The translations under genes and the position numbers were made by a program. A stretch of DNA of 64,000 nucleotides from Clostridia bacterium (lineage in GTDB: Bacteria; Bacillota; Clostridia; Monoglobales; Monoglobaceae): positions 1,704-65,703 of the forward strand of contig JAFYXJ010000018.1 in the NCBI GenBank assembly GCA_017546205.1, read 5' to 3'. This document shows positions 35,864 through 47,811 of the stretch, piece by piece; positions within the stretch are counted from its first letter, which is position 1, and each line of letters begins with the position of its first letter. The notes beneath the pieces are model-generated. The model did no database searches, was not told the DNA's origin, and saw nothing but the letters and a program-made list of their open reading frames with translations.

Positions 35864-37501
35864 ATGTCGAAACAAATTCCTGACCAACATGTGGAAAGAC
35901 AGTATCTTGAAAATTTGAAAGAATTGATTGCCTATGGAGCAGAGGCTTATGCGGAGAAACTTGCGTTCCGGTACAGAGAGAACGGCTCCATTGTAGATAT
36001 TACCTTCCGCCAGTTTGCAGAAGATGTTTATGCTTTTGGAGAATATCTTTTAGATGCAGGCTACGGAAACGGTGACCGCATTGCATTGCTGGGTGAAAAC
36101 AGTTATCCTTGGGTTGTTACCTATTTTGCAGTTATGAACATCGGTTTGGTTCTGGTGCCTATTGATAAAGAACTGAAATCCAGTGAGATTGTGCATTTGC
36201 TGAATGATAGTGAATCCGCCCTTTTGGTGCATGCAGATTCCAAGTCTGCCTGCGTTCAGGAGATGCAGGAAATCGGTGTAAAAACCCAGAACTTCCTTTG
36301 TATCGAAAAGGATTTTGCCGATATGGTACAAAAGGGTAAAGCACTTCGTGAGTCCGGAAGCAACCAATACGACAATATCGTTATTGACCGGGAAAAGATG
36401 AGTGCCATCATTTATACCTCCGGTACTACCGGCGACCCCAAGGGTGTTATGCTCTGTCACAAAAACCTGGCAAGCAACGCTTACCATGCGATGTCTTGTA
36501 TGATTATTCCTGAAACCACTTGTGCCATTCTTCCCTTAAATCACACCTTTGGCGCTATGGCAAGTATCATTTGTCAGTTATGGATGGGACACACCATCTT
36601 TATTAACAACAGCCTGAAAATGGTATTGAAAGATATTCAGGATGCAAAACCGGGTCACATCTCTGTTGTTCCCCTTTATGTAGAGAGTTTCTACAAGAAT
36701 ATCTGGAAAGGTATTGACAAACAAGGCAAAACCAAATTGGTAAAAACCATGATTGCCATCAGCAATGCTTTGCGAAAAGTGGGCATTGACCTGAGAAAAA
36801 AATTGTTCAAATCCATCATTGATAACTTCGGCGGTAATCTGGAAATGATTATTTCCGGCGGTGCACCCATCGCGGACAAGTACCTGAAAGGGTTTGACGA
36901 TATTGGTGTTACCATCATCAATGGTTACGGTATTACCGAATGTTCACCCATCGTTGCCCTGAACCGGAACAATAATATCCGTCACGGCACTGTAGGAAAT
37001 CCCGTCCCCACCACCCAGATTAAGATTGAGAATCCCGACGAAAACGGCGAGGGTGAAATCTGGGTTAAAGGTGATATTGTCATGCTGGGATATTACAACA
37101 AGCCGGAAGAGACCGCAAAGGTAATGAAAGACGGCTGGTTCAACACCGGCGATATCGGAAAAATGGAAGACAACTTCCTCTCTATCACCGGACGAAAGAA
37201 GAATCTGATTATCTTAGGCAACGGCAAAAATGTATATCCGGAAGAGATTGAAACCTTGATTTCCTACATAGACAACGTAACCGAGGTGGTTGTCTATCAG
37301 GAAAACGAGATGATTGTTGCAGAAATTTACACCAATGCAGAAGAAAATGTGGATGCAGTCAAGGCACAAATCAAGGAAGATATTCTTGCCATGAATCAAA
37401 AACTGGCGTCCTACAAACAGATTAAGAAAGTGAAATTCAGAGATTGCGAGTTTGTAAAAACCACCACCAAAAAGATTAAGAGAAATCTTATCAAGGTGTA
37501 A
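35864..37501 (+). CDS. Long-chain acyl-CoA synthetase (AMP-binding family)
   Basis: YTSGTTGDPKG, GYGITE, GWFNTGDIG, GRKKNLI, NGKNVYPEEIE. Confidence 0.92.
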   Translation: MSKQIPDQHVERQYLENLKELIAYGAEAYAEKLAFRYRENGSIVDITFRQFAEDVYAFGEYLLDAGYGNGDRIALLGENSYPWVVTYFAVMNIGLVLVPIDKELKSSEIVHLLNDSESALLVHADSKSACVQEMQEIGVKTQNFLCIEKDFADMVQKGKALRESGSNQYDNIVIDREKMSAIIYTSGTTGDPKGVMLCHKNLASNAYHAMSCMIIPETTCAILPLNHTFGAMASIICQLWMGHTIFINNSLKMVLKDIQDAKPGHISVVPLYVESFYKNIWKGIDKQGKTKLVKTMIAISNALRKVGIDLRKKLFKSIIDNFGGNLEMIISGGAPIADKYLKGFDDIGVTIINGYGITECSPIVALNRNNNIRHGTVGNPVPTTQIKIENPDENGEGEIWVKGDIVMLGYYNKPEETAKVMKDGWFNTGDIGKMEDNFLSITGRKKNLIILGNGKNVYPEEIETLISYIDNVTEVVVYQENEMIVAEIYTNAEENVDAVKAQIKEDILAMNQKLASYKQIKKVKFRDCEFVKTTTKKIKRNLIKV

Positions 37502-37504
37502 GCA

Positions 37505-38377
37505 ATGAAGAAAAAACTGTTGCTCTCACCCGCAAACTTTCTTTTACTGACATTGGCTGGCTGTATCAACGCATTCGGCGTTACCATGTTTTTGGCACCG
37601 GTCAACTTGTATGACAGCGGTATTTCAGGAACATCCATGCTTCTCTGGCAGTTAACACCGGAGGCATTTACCCTATCTCTGTTTCTGTTGATTCTGAACC
37701 TGCCTATCTTCCTGTATGGACTGAAAAAACAAGGGATGGAGTTTACCGTCTACTCGGTTTATGCGGTGGTGATTTATTCCTTAGCGGCATTTTTTATCAA
37801 CGCTTTTTTCCCCACAGACCCTTCCTTAGGTTCCCATTTTGCAGGAACAGACCTTTTGTTATGTGCCGTGTTCGGCGGCATCATCTCCGGTATCGGCAGC
37901 GGTCTTACCATTCGTTTTGGCGGTGCCATTGACGGGATTGAAGTTCTTGCGGTCATCTTTGCAAAGCCGATTGGTATCACAGTTGGTACTTTTGTCATGC
38001 TTTACAATGTTATTCTCTATATTGCCGGCGGTATTTTGCTCCACAGTTGGAGTCTGCCTCTTTACTCTATTATCACCTATGCCGTAGGGCTTAAGACCAT
38101 CGACTTTATTGTAGAGGGTCTTGACAAAGCAAAAGCAGCAACCATCATCACCGAAAAACCGGAAGATATCGGCAAAGCTCTTTCCGATACCTTTGGCTCC
38201 GGCATTACGCTGGTTCCGGCACAAGGCTACTATTCTGCAGAACATAAGACCATGATTTACTTTGTAGTCAACCGGTTCCAGATTGCGAAGATGCGAACCA
38301 TTGTTCATGATCAGGACCCGCAAGCATTTATCTCCATTACCGAAGTGGCTGATGTATTCGGTAGCGGAACAAAATAA
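37505..38377 (+). CDS. YitT family membrane protein
   Basis: DSGISG, LNLPIF, GGAIDG, C-terminal G.T...GYY...DPQAFI domain. Confidence 0.9.
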   Translation: MKKKLLLSPANFLLLTLAGCINAFGVTMFLAPVNLYDSGISGTSMLLWQLTPEAFTLSLFLLILNLPIFLYGLKKQGMEFTVYSVYAVVIYSLAAFFINAFFPTDPSLGSHFAGTDLLLCAVFGGIISGIGSGLTIRFGGAIDGIEVLAVIFAKPIGITVGTFVMLYNVILYIAGGILLHSWSLPLYSIITYAVGLKTIDFIVEGLDKAKAATIITEKPEDIGKALSDTFGSGITLVPAQGYYSAEHKTMIYFVVNRFQIAKMRTIVHDQDPQAFISITEVADVFGSGTK

Positions 38378-38379
38378 GC

Positions 38380-38417
38380 AAAAATCGTAGTGCAGACAAA
38401 CTGCACTACGATTTTTT
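38380..38417. terminator. Bidirectional terminator
   Basis: AAAAATCGTAGTGCAG-acaaa-CTGCACTACGATTTTT. Confidence 0.85.
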
Positions 38418-39550
38418 TATCGCAGATATAACCGATATACTTTGTCAATGGCAAGTTCCCGTTTCCACAAGGCAAGGGCACGGGGATGTTCTTTCACCTG
38501 TGCTCCGTTTTTTGCAAGAGGAAGCGTTGCTGTGGTTTTGGCGTGATGAAGAATCTTCTGTCCGGTCTCATTGAAATCCAGAATCCGGATATAGGCAGGT
38601 TGCATCCGGCTATCTTCTTTGGTGATGCCCAGATAAGCATTCAGCAAAATTCTGCGGATACGGCTGAAAGCATAGCGTTTAGATTTTACCCCTTGAGCCG
38701 TTTCCTCCAAGGTTTGATGCTCAAAAGCACTTCGTAGCACTGCATATTCCAGTCCTTCCGAGACATCGGCAATCTTTTCCAGTTCTTCCGGTGTTTTCAT
38801 GCAAAGTGATGCCAGAACCGCCCGTTCAAATTCCTCTGTCCTAAAGGTCTGTCCCGATTCATATATTGGATGGGTAGCAGTTGGCAAATACTGCAAAAAT
38901 TCTTCTCCCTTTTGTATCTTCTCCCGTATGGCAGAACCGGAGGCGAACTCGCCATTTCCATCAGCATCATGATGTCCTACACCTTTTCGCAAGATCGCGT
39001 GGGGTTTGATATTACTGTGATTGCGGATTAACGCTTTGCAATATTCTACTGCCAGAATGTTATTGGGTTGACTTAAAATCTCCGCCGAAGCAGGGCCCAG
39101 AATTTCCTCTACTGCTCGAGAACGGGCAACCGCAAAGGAAACGCCCTCCTCCAAATAGCCTTTGATCGCCTGGGAGAATGCCGTATCCTCACGGGCAAGC
39201 ACCATGGCAATCTGCATCAGCACATCGGTATCAGGACATTCTGCACCAAAAAATAAAGTATCCACACAACCAAGGGCATGCAAAGTTGCCACCGCATTGT
39301 TGGCATACCGTTCTGCCGATTGCAACGTCTGTACCGCAGGAAGTTCCAGAACCAAGTCCATGCCGTTTAAGAGGGCCGCTTTTGCCCGTTGTTGTTTAGG
39401 GAAAAGGGCAGGTTCTCCACGCTGAACAAAATTCCCGCTCATGATTCCCACAACGCCGTCACACCCCAACTGTTCTCTTGCTGTTTTCAGTTGATATGCA
39501 TGACCATTGTGAAAAGGATGATATTCACAAACCACCGCTGCAATCTTCAT
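38417..39550 (-). CDS. tmcAL: tRNA(Met) cytidine acetate ligase (YlbM/TmcAL)
   Basis: EYHPFHNGH, MSGNFVQRGEP, PNNILAVEY, KRY..SRIRR; divergent from pta-ackA. Confidence 0.92.
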   Translation of the reverse strand: MKIAAVVCEYHPFHNGHAYQLKTAREQLGCDGVVGIMSGNFVQRGEPALFPKQQRAKAALLNGMDLVLELPAVQTLQSAERYANNAVATLHALGCVDTLFFGAECPDTDVLMQIAMVLAREDTAFSQAIKGYLEEGVSFAVARSRAVEEILGPASAEILSQPNNILAVEYCKALIRNHSNIKPHAILRKGVGHHDADGNGEFASGSAIREKIQKGEEFLQYLPTATHPIYESGQTFRTEEFERAVLASLCMKTPEELEKIADVSEGLEYAVLRSAFEHQTLEETAQGVKSKRYAFSRIRRILLNAYLGITKEDSRMQPAYIRILDFNETGQKILHHAKTTATLPLAKNGAQVKEHPRALALWKRELAIDKVYRLYLR

Positions 39551-39722
39551 TTCATGCCCTCCTTCTTCAAAAAAACGGAAAAATTTCTCTTTCTTTTATA
39601 AGTATAGCACAAATTTTGTATTTCTCAAGAAAAATTTGCAAAATACTCTTGTCTAAACATTTTTTAGGGTGTATAATAAGTCTGTATGTGTTAAAATTCT
39701 ACATAAAGTGAGGTAAGTTTTC

Positions 39723-40724
39723 ATGGCAACATTCATGGAAAAAATCAAGGCTCTGGCTAAGGCTGACAAAAAGACTGTCGTTCTGGCAGAGGGCGAGGAC
39801 CGCAGAATGGTACAGGCAGCAGATACCATCTTAAAAGAGGGTTTTGCTGACATCATTCTGCTTGGTAACGAAGCAAAAATCAAGGAGATTTCCGCTGATT
39901 TGGATTTGTCCGGTGCAAAAATCATTGATCCGGCAACCAGCGAATTGACCGCTGATTTTGCAAACAAACTCTATGAAATGAGAAAGGACAAGGGTATGAC
40001 CCCCGAGCAGGCGTCCGAGACCATTCTCAGCACGCTGTACTTTGGCTGTATGCTGGTAAAAACCGGTATGGCAGACGGTATGGTTGCAGGTGCAGTAAAC
40101 TCCACCGCAAACGTACTGCGCAGCGCTCTGCAGGTTATCAAAACCGCGCCCGGCATCAAGGTTGTATCTTCCTTCTTCCTGATGATTGTTCCCGACTGTG
40201 AATACGGCGAAAACGGAACCTTTGTATTCTCCGATTGCGGTCTGAACGAATATCCCGATGAAGAAAAACTGGCACAGATTGCAGTTTCTTCTGCAAACTC
40301 TTTCCGTTCACTGGTTGGTGCTGAACCGAAAGTTGCTATGCTTTCCTACTCCACTTACGGCAGTGCAAAATCTGAACAGGTTGAAAAAATCCAGAAGGCT
40401 ACCGCCATCGCAAAAGAACTGGCTCCGGACTTGAAACTGGACGGCGAACTGCAGTTAGACGCTGCCATCGTTCCGGCAATCAATGCCTCCAAGGCACCGG
40501 GAAGCCCGGTTGAGGGTAAGGCAAATGTCCTGATTTTCCCCAATCTGGATGCAGGTAACATAGGCTACAAACTGGTACAGAGACTTGCAAAGGCTGAAGC
40601 GTACGGTCCTTTGACACAGGGTATTGCAATGCCGGTCAATGACCTTTCCCGCGGATGTAGTTTTGAAGATATTGTTGGTGTGACCGCATTTACTTGCGTA
40701 CAGGCACAACAACAAAAGAAATAG
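39723..40724 (+). CDS. pta: Phosphate acetyltransferase
   Basis: LAEGEDRR, VAMLSYST, DGELQLDAA, FPNLDAGNIGYK, DLSRGC. Confidence 0.97.
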   Translation: MATFMEKIKALAKADKKTVVLAEGEDRRMVQAADTILKEGFADIILLGNEAKIKEISADLDLSGAKIIDPATSELTADFANKLYEMRKDKGMTPEQASETILSTLYFGCMLVKTGMADGMVAGAVNSTANVLRSALQVIKTAPGIKVVSSFFLMIVPDCEYGENGTFVFSDCGLNEYPDEEKLAQIAVSSANSFRSLVGAEPKVAMLSYSTYGSAKSEQVEKIQKATAIAKELAPDLKLDGELQLDAAIVPAINASKAPGSPVEGKANVLIFPNLDAGNIGYKLVQRLAKAEAYGPLTQGIAMPVNDLSRGCSFEDIVGVTAFTCVQAQQQKK

Positions 40725-40738
40725 AAAGGATGAGTCAA

Positions 40739-41941
40739 ATGAAAATTTTGGTTATCAATGCAGGAAGTTCCTCTTTGAAATATCAGTTGATTGATATGGA
40801 GACCGAAGCAGTTCTTGCAAAGGGTGCTTGTGAAAGAATCGGTATTCCCGGTTCCAAACTGACCCACAAGGTTTCCGGCAAAGAGGATTTTGTAAAAGAA
40901 ACTCCTATACCGGAGCACAAAGTTGCCGTCGAACTGGTGATGGAAGCACTGATTGACGCTGACCATGGTGTCATCAAGAGCACCGACGAGATTGACGCAG
41001 TGGGCCACCGTGTTCTCCACGGCGGAACCGTTTACTGCGATTCCATCGTTGTTAACGAGGATGTAAAGCGGATTATCCGTGAATACTTTGACTTAGGTCC
41101 TCTTCACAATCCTGCAAACCTGACCGGTATTGAAGCTTGTGAAGCAGCAATGCCCGGCAAAGCCAATGTTGCAGTATTTGATACCGCATTCGGTATGGCT
41201 ATGCCTGAAAAAGCATATACTTATGCAATTCCTCACGAATATCTGGAGAAATACAGCATCCGGAGATACGGATTCCACGGCACCAGCCACAACTTTGTTT
41301 CTCACGAAGCAATTCAGTTTGGTGCATTGGGCGACAATGCTAAAGTCATTGTCTGCCATCTTGGTAACGGCGCCAGCATTTCTGCCTCCATCGGCGGTAA
41401 ATGTGTAGATACCAGTATGGGACTTACTCCTCTGGAAGGTCTGATTATGGGTTCCAGAAGCGGTGACATTGATCCTGCTGTTGCACAGTATATCTGCAAC
41501 AAAGAAGGCAAGGATATCAACGAAGTGCTGAATATCTTTAACAAGCAGTCCGGTATTTTGGGTATGAGCGGCGGTATTTCTACCGACTTCCGTGATGTAC
41601 AAAAGGCTGCAGACGAGGGTAATCACCTTGCAAAAGTTGCTCTGGACGCATTTGCTTACAGAGTTGCAAAATACATCGGTGCTTACACTGCTGCCATGAA
41701 TGGCGTTGATGCCATCGTATTCACCGCAGGTGTTGGTGAAAACGATGCAAGAATGCGCGGACAGATTATGGAATACATGGGTTATCTGGGTGCTGCCATT
41801 GATGAAGACATCAACAAGGCGTCCAGAGGCAAAGAGGCGGTTATCAGCACCGCTGACAGTAAAGTCAAGGTTATGGTTATCCCCACCAACGAAGAGTTGA
41901 TGATCGCTCGGGATACTGCCAACCTGACTGCTAATCTGTAA
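40739..41941 (+). CDS. ackA: Acetate kinase
   Basis: LVINAGSSSLK, GHRVLHGG, PLHNP, RRYGFHGTSH, CHLGNG, TNEE. Confidence 0.97.
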   Translation: MKILVINAGSSSLKYQLIDMETEAVLAKGACERIGIPGSKLTHKVSGKEDFVKETPIPEHKVAVELVMEALIDADHGVIKSTDEIDAVGHRVLHGGTVYCDSIVVNEDVKRIIREYFDLGPLHNPANLTGIEACEAAMPGKANVAVFDTAFGMAMPEKAYTYAIPHEYLEKYSIRRYGFHGTSHNFVSHEAIQFGALGDNAKVIVCHLGNGASISASIGGKCVDTSMGLTPLEGLIMGSRSGDIDPAVAQYICNKEGKDINEVLNIFNKQSGILGMSGGISTDFRDVQKAADEGNHLAKVALDAFAYRVAKYIGAYTAAMNGVDAIVFTAGVGENDARMRGQIMEYMGYLGAAIDEDINKASRGKEAVISTADSKVKVMVIPTNEELMIARDTANLTANL

Positions 41942-41945
41942 GACC

Positions 41946-42553
41946 ATGGACGATAAACTGCTCCCCTATGATATGCTCCCTGACGAACAGGTTGTAGAAC
42001 TGTCGGCAGAGGGCGACAAATTGGCAACTGAGTACATCCTCTCCAAGTACAAAAATCTGGTGCGCGCCCGCGCCAAGGATTATTTTCTGGTAGGGGCGGA
42101 TCGGGATGACCTGATGCAAGAGGGGATGATTGGTTTATTCAAGGCCATCCGCGATTTTGATATCACCAAACAGGCTTCCTTTCGGGGGTTTGCGGATGTG
42201 TGCGTGAAACGGCAGATTTTAACCGCTGTAAAAACCGCCACCCGTCAAAAGCATCTTCCTCTCAACTCCTATGTTTCCTTAAACAAGCCGGTTTATGAGG
42301 ACGACACCGAACGAACCCTTGCCGATATTCTGGTGGAACAGGAATCTACCGATCCGGAAGAAATGATGCTTCGCCGGGAACGGGCAGAGGCAATGGAAAC
42401 CGAAATGGCTGAAAAACTAAGTGCTTTGGAACGGACGGTACTTTCCCTGTACCTGACCGGTATGGATTATCGGGAAATTGCAAAGACCATGAATCGTCCT
42501 CCGAAATCCATTGACAACGCACTACAGAGAATCAAGCGGAAATTATCTGAATA

Positions 42554-42554
<1 letters not shown>
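41946..42554 (+). CDS. sigH: RNA polymerase sigma-H factor
   Basis: YFLVGADRDDLMQEGMIGLFKAIRDF, TRQKHLPLNSYVSL, KSIDNALQRIKRKL. Confidence 0.95.
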
Positions 42555-43923
<1,369 letters not shown>

Positions 43924-43926
43924 ACC

Positions 43927-43955
43927 AAAGAGCCTTCCACAAGGAAGGCTCTTTA
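43927..43955. terminator. Bidirectional terminator
   Basis: AAAGAGCCTTCC-acaa-GGAAGGCTCTTT. Confidence 0.85.
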
Positions 43956-45440
43956 TTATTTTACAATTGGTTTTGCATTCTGGAATTGCGGTTCACAGGT
44001 TAAATTCACGCCCAGACGGCGGAAAACCTTTTCATCTACCGAGGACAGAATCACCGAAGAGTGCAGTTCACACCCCCGTAATTTGCCCAGTTGTTCCATG
44101 CATTTTTCTGCTTGCGGGTCGGTTGCCGCACAGATAGAAAGTGCAATCAGTGCCTCATCGGTATGAAGTCTCGGATTGCGGTTGCCCAAATGCCCTACTT
44201 TCAAATGCTGAATGGGTTCAATAATCGTCGGTGCAATCAAATGAACAGCATCGTCAATGCCTGCCATGGTTTTCAGTGCATTCAAAAGGAGTGCCGAGGA
44301 CGCCCCCAGCAAATCCGAAGTTTTTCCGGTTACGATGGTTCCGTCCGGAAGTTCCATTGCTGCCGCCGGCGCACCGGTCAGTGCCGCTTTCTGCAACGCC
44401 GGAGCAATCACATCTCTGTCATGGACGGTGATGCCGGCTTTCTTCATCAAAAGTTCCAGTTTGAGTATCACATCTTCGGAAAGGAGACCTTTTCTCTGGT
44501 CGCACAATGCGGTGTAATACCGACGGAGAATTTCCTGCCTTGACGCCTCACATACCGCACCATCATCCACAATACAGTTACCTGCCATGTTAACACCCAT
44601 ATCGGTAGGAGACTTGTAGGGGCACTCGCCTAAAATTTTCTCAAACATTGCAGTCACAACGGGGAAAATCTCCACATCACGGTTGTAATTGACCGTGGTT
44701 TCACCGTAGGCTTCCAGATGGAAGGGGTCAATCATATTCACATCGTTCAAATCGGCGGTTGCCGCCTCATAAGCAAGGTTCACGGGATGAGAGAGGGGAA
44801 GATTCCAGATGGGGAAGGTTTCAAACTTGGCATAGCCTGCCTGAATCCCCCGTTTGTGGTCATGATACAACTGGGAAAGACAGGTTGCCATCTTGCCGCT
44901 GCCCGGTCCGGGCGCGGTAACTACCACCAGTTCTCTGGTGGTTTCGATATATTCATTCTTGCCATAACCATCGTCGCTGACGATTTTTGCAATATCAGAG
45001 GGATATCCATCAATGATATAATGGCGGTATACCCGAACGCCCAATGCTTCCAGACGTTTCTGGAACGCTTCTGCAGTAGGTTGTCCGCAGAACTGGGTCA
45101 TCACAACACTGCCCACATACAATCCAATCATACGGAAGCAGTCAATCAGCCGGATCACATCCATATCATAAGTGATTCCCAAATCGCCCCGCAGTTTGTT
45201 CTTTTCGATATCGGCAGAATTGATAACAATCACAACCTCCACCCGTTCCTTCAACTGCAGTAACATTCTCAACTTACTGTCAGGTTGAAAACCGGGCAGA
45301 ACCCTTGACGCATGATAATCGTCAAAAAGTTTCCCGCCGAATTCCAGATACAGTTTTCCGCCGAACTTGGAAATCCGCTCACGGATATGTTCCGATTGCA
45401 TCCGCAGATATTTCTCGTTATCGAATCCCATTCTGGTCAT
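43956..45440 (-). CDS. DUF1846 (UPF0371) family protein
   Basis: GFDNEKYL, KLYLEFGGKLFDDYHASRVLPGF, TAPGPGSGKMATCLSQLY, YAKFETFPIWN. Confidence 0.9.
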   Translation of the reverse strand: MTRMGFDNEKYLRMQSEHIRERISKFGGKLYLEFGGKLFDDYHASRVLPGFQPDSKLRMLLQLKERVEVVIVINSADIEKNKLRGDLGITYDMDVIRLIDCFRMIGLYVGSVVMTQFCGQPTAEAFQKRLEALGVRVYRHYIIDGYPSDIAKIVSDDGYGKNEYIETTRELVVVTAPGPGSGKMATCLSQLYHDHKRGIQAGYAKFETFPIWNLPLSHPVNLAYEAATADLNDVNMIDPFHLEAYGETTVNYNRDVEIFPVVTAMFEKILGECPYKSPTDMGVNMAGNCIVDDGAVCEASRQEILRRYYTALCDQRKGLLSEDVILKLELLMKKAGITVHDRDVIAPALQKAALTGAPAAAMELPDGTIVTGKTSDLLGASSALLLNALKTMAGIDDAVHLIAPTIIEPIQHLKVGHLGNRNPRLHTDEALIALSICAATDPQAEKCMEQLGKLRGCELHSSVILSSVDEKVFRRLGVNLTCEPQFQNAKPIVK

Positions 45441-45528
45441 GACAAGACCCCCTTACTCTCTTTTGTACTCTCAACTTCTTATTATACAAAAAAAGTTGCT
45501 ATCTTGCAAGACCTGAATGAAAGAAATT

Positions 45529-46851
45529 TTATTTTTTCCACCAACCCAGTTGATACGCCGTCCATGCAAACAAAGCCTCGGTTGCCCAGCCAAGCACCCA
45601 TGCAAGATAGACACCGTTCATGGAGAATTTGTCAATGAAAAGAATGGTATATAACATCTGGGATACCGAGTAAATCAGACTGGAAACCACCAACAGCCGA
45701 ACTGCACCGGTTCCGCGGAAAAAGGCATGAAACAGATTGTCGGTCATATCTAAAATAGCAAAAGGCAGAAAAAACCTGGCAAAGGAAACCGCATAGGCAA
45801 GCGCCTCCGCCCCCTCACCTTTGGGGAAAAACATCCGGCAAACCGGTTCTGCAAAAAAAGCACAAACAAGGAGCATCGGCAAGGTGAGCAGAAATCCCTG
45901 CAACCACCCCACATGGTAGCCTTTCTTCAAATTCTCCTTTTTCCCTGCGCCGATACATTGTGCCGCATAATTACTGAGGGTTTTGGCTGAACTTTGATAA
46001 ATACAGTTGTTCAGGGTATACACCCGACGGGCAACTACATAGCCGGCAGTCGCCGTGCTGCCAAGCCCGTTAATCATAGGTGAAATCATCATCGTGGAAG
46101 CATAGAGAATCATCTGCTGCACCATATTCCATGAGCCGTATGTAAAAGATTTTCGAAAGGAACTTTTATCAAAAATTACCCGATGTTCCCCGACGCCCAG
46201 TTGCTGGAATATCTTTTTCATTTTGCTCCAGAGAAAAATATCGGCAACCAATGCGGATACCACCGTGGAAACGGCAACACCTGCAACACCCCACTCAAGC
46301 ACGGTAATGGTAAAAATATTACCTACAACATTCAAAACAGCCGAAAGCAGAGACATCCAGAACTGAAAACTGCTGGCGCCCATGGCCTGCATCATAAAAA
46401 TCAAAGCTACCTGCAGAAGAATCAACCACATACCCCAGACATAGATCAAAAGATAAATGGATGCATTCTGCCGAATCATAGGATCCACCCGAAACCATTC
46501 CAGAATCTGAGGGCAAAACAGCGTGATACCTGCCGCCATAATCAACGCCGCTGCCATCAGCAAAACAAGATTGTTATATACCATGGTTTTCAGTTCCCGC
46601 ATCCTTTTCCCGCCAAACAACCGCGCCGAATAAATAGATACGCCGGTGCTGTATCCCCAGAAGATACAAGAAAGGAAGGTAATCAAATCTCCGGTTGCAC
46701 CAAGGGCGGCAAGTCCGTCGCTGCCTAAAAATTTTCCTGCAATCATGGTGTCGATGGTGTTGTATGCCTGAGACAACAGTCCCGACAGCACAACCGGAAT
46801 GGCAAACAGAATAAAATTTTTATAAATATTGCCCTCTGCTAAATTTTTCAT
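45529..46851 (-). CDS. MATE family efflux transporter
   Basis: YNTIDTMIAGKFLG..GLAALG; about 12 TM helices. Confidence 0.9.
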   Translation of the reverse strand: MKNLAEGNIYKNFILFAIPVVLSGLLSQAYNTIDTMIAGKFLGSDGLAALGATGDLITFLSCIFWGYSTGVSIYSARLFGGKRMRELKTMVYNNLVLLMAAALIMAAGITLFCPQILEWFRVDPMIRQNASIYLLIYVWGMWLILLQVALIFMMQAMGASSFQFWMSLLSAVLNVVGNIFTITVLEWGVAGVAVSTVVSALVADIFLWSKMKKIFQQLGVGEHRVIFDKSSFRKSFTYGSWNMVQQMILYASTMMISPMINGLGSTATAGYVVARRVYTLNNCIYQSSAKTLSNYAAQCIGAGKKENLKKGYHVGWLQGFLLTLPMLLVCAFFAEPVCRMFFPKGEGAEALAYAVSFARFFLPFAILDMTDNLFHAFFRGTGAVRLLVVSSLIYSVSQMLYTILFIDKFSMNGVYLAWVLGWATEALFAWTAYQLGWWKK

Positions 46852-46907
46852 GGTATCGCTTCTTTCTCTTGACTTTTCCCTGATAAACTGTATACTATTA
46901 TATAGAC

Positions 46908-46964
46908 TTTCTCAACATTTTTCAACTATGGGCAAAATATTGTCAATTTCTCAACATTTCTCAA
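46908..46964. promoter_or_regulatory. Pair of 18-bp direct repeats (putative DeoR operator) at the divergent promoters
   Basis: TTTCTCAACATTTTTCAA (46908-46925) and TTTCTCAACATTTCTCAA (46947-46964). Confidence 0.6.
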
Positions 46965-46975
46965 GAGGTGAGGGT

Positions 46976-47719
46976 ATGCATCAAAAAGAACGAATCAAAG
47001 TCATTTGCGAACTGCTGGAAAAAAACGGCTATGTAACAGTACAATTTTTAACCGAAGAGCTCCATTACAGCAGTGCAACCATCAATCGGGATTTGAATGT
47101 CATGCAGGCACAAAAACTGGTCAAACGCAGTTACGGCGGGGTTGAATTAATAAAATCCCGCGCGGTGCCCCTTTTGTTCCGATACAACAAAATGCGGCCT
47201 GCCAAGAACAAAATCGGGAAAAAGGCGGCGGAGTGGATTCATGACGGAGACACGGTTTTTATTGACTCCTCTACCACCGCCCAATATATCGGCAAATACA
47301 TCACCGACCGAAAAAATCTGACCGTAATCACCAACAACATGGCACTTGCCTCTTTCCTAGGAGAACATGCCATCAATGTTATCTGTCTGGGCGGGAAAAT
47401 TGTAGAGGTTCCCTCCATGCTCTGCGGAGATGAGACAGTAGAACAGGTACGGCGATACGGTGCCGATAAAATGTTCTTTTCCACCGGCGGTTGTTGCAAA
47501 GACGGAAAGATTGTCAGCGGCGGTGTGTATTACCTGATGCACAAAGAAATGTTTGCCCACAGCAATCAGCATTTTTTCCTTGTAGACCATGAAAAAATCT
47601 GTGACAGTGCCAAAGAATATATGGGCACTATGGACGATGTAGATTATGTCATCAGCGACTTTTGTTTTGACGGGGATATGAAAGACCGCTACAAAAACAC
47701 CACCTTTATTGAGGTATAA
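46976..47719 (+). CDS. DeoR/GlpR family transcriptional regulator
   Basis: HTH SSATINRDL...RSYGG; DTVFIDSSTT; VITNN. Confidence 0.93.
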   Translation: MHQKERIKVICELLEKNGYVTVQFLTEELHYSSATINRDLNVMQAQKLVKRSYGGVELIKSRAVPLLFRYNKMRPAKNKIGKKAAEWIHDGDTVFIDSSTTAQYIGKYITDRKNLTVITNNMALASFLGEHAINVICLGGKIVEVPSMLCGDETVEQVRRYGADKMFFSTGGCCKDGKIVSGGVYYLMHKEMFAHSNQHFFLVDHEKICDSAKEYMGTMDDVDYVISDFCFDGDMKDRYKNTTFIEV

Positions 47720-47736
47720 AAAACTATAATGCTGTA

Positions 47737-47788
47737 AACAGAAAACCTCTCAAACGCATAAAATGCTGTTTGAGAGGTTTTTTGTTTA
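47737..47788. terminator. Bidirectional terminator
   Basis: AAAACCTCTCAAAC...GTTTGAGAGGTTTT. Confidence 0.8.
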
Positions 47789-47811
47789 TATCTTCCAACA
47801 AATTCTTTTTG

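Noticed and set aside
39507-39530. TTGTGAA-N10-TTCACAA inverted repeat near the pta promoter, resembling a Rex box
   Set aside because: The Rex spacer is 4 nt, not 10, and the sequence encodes the conserved CEYHPFHN motif of TmcAL.
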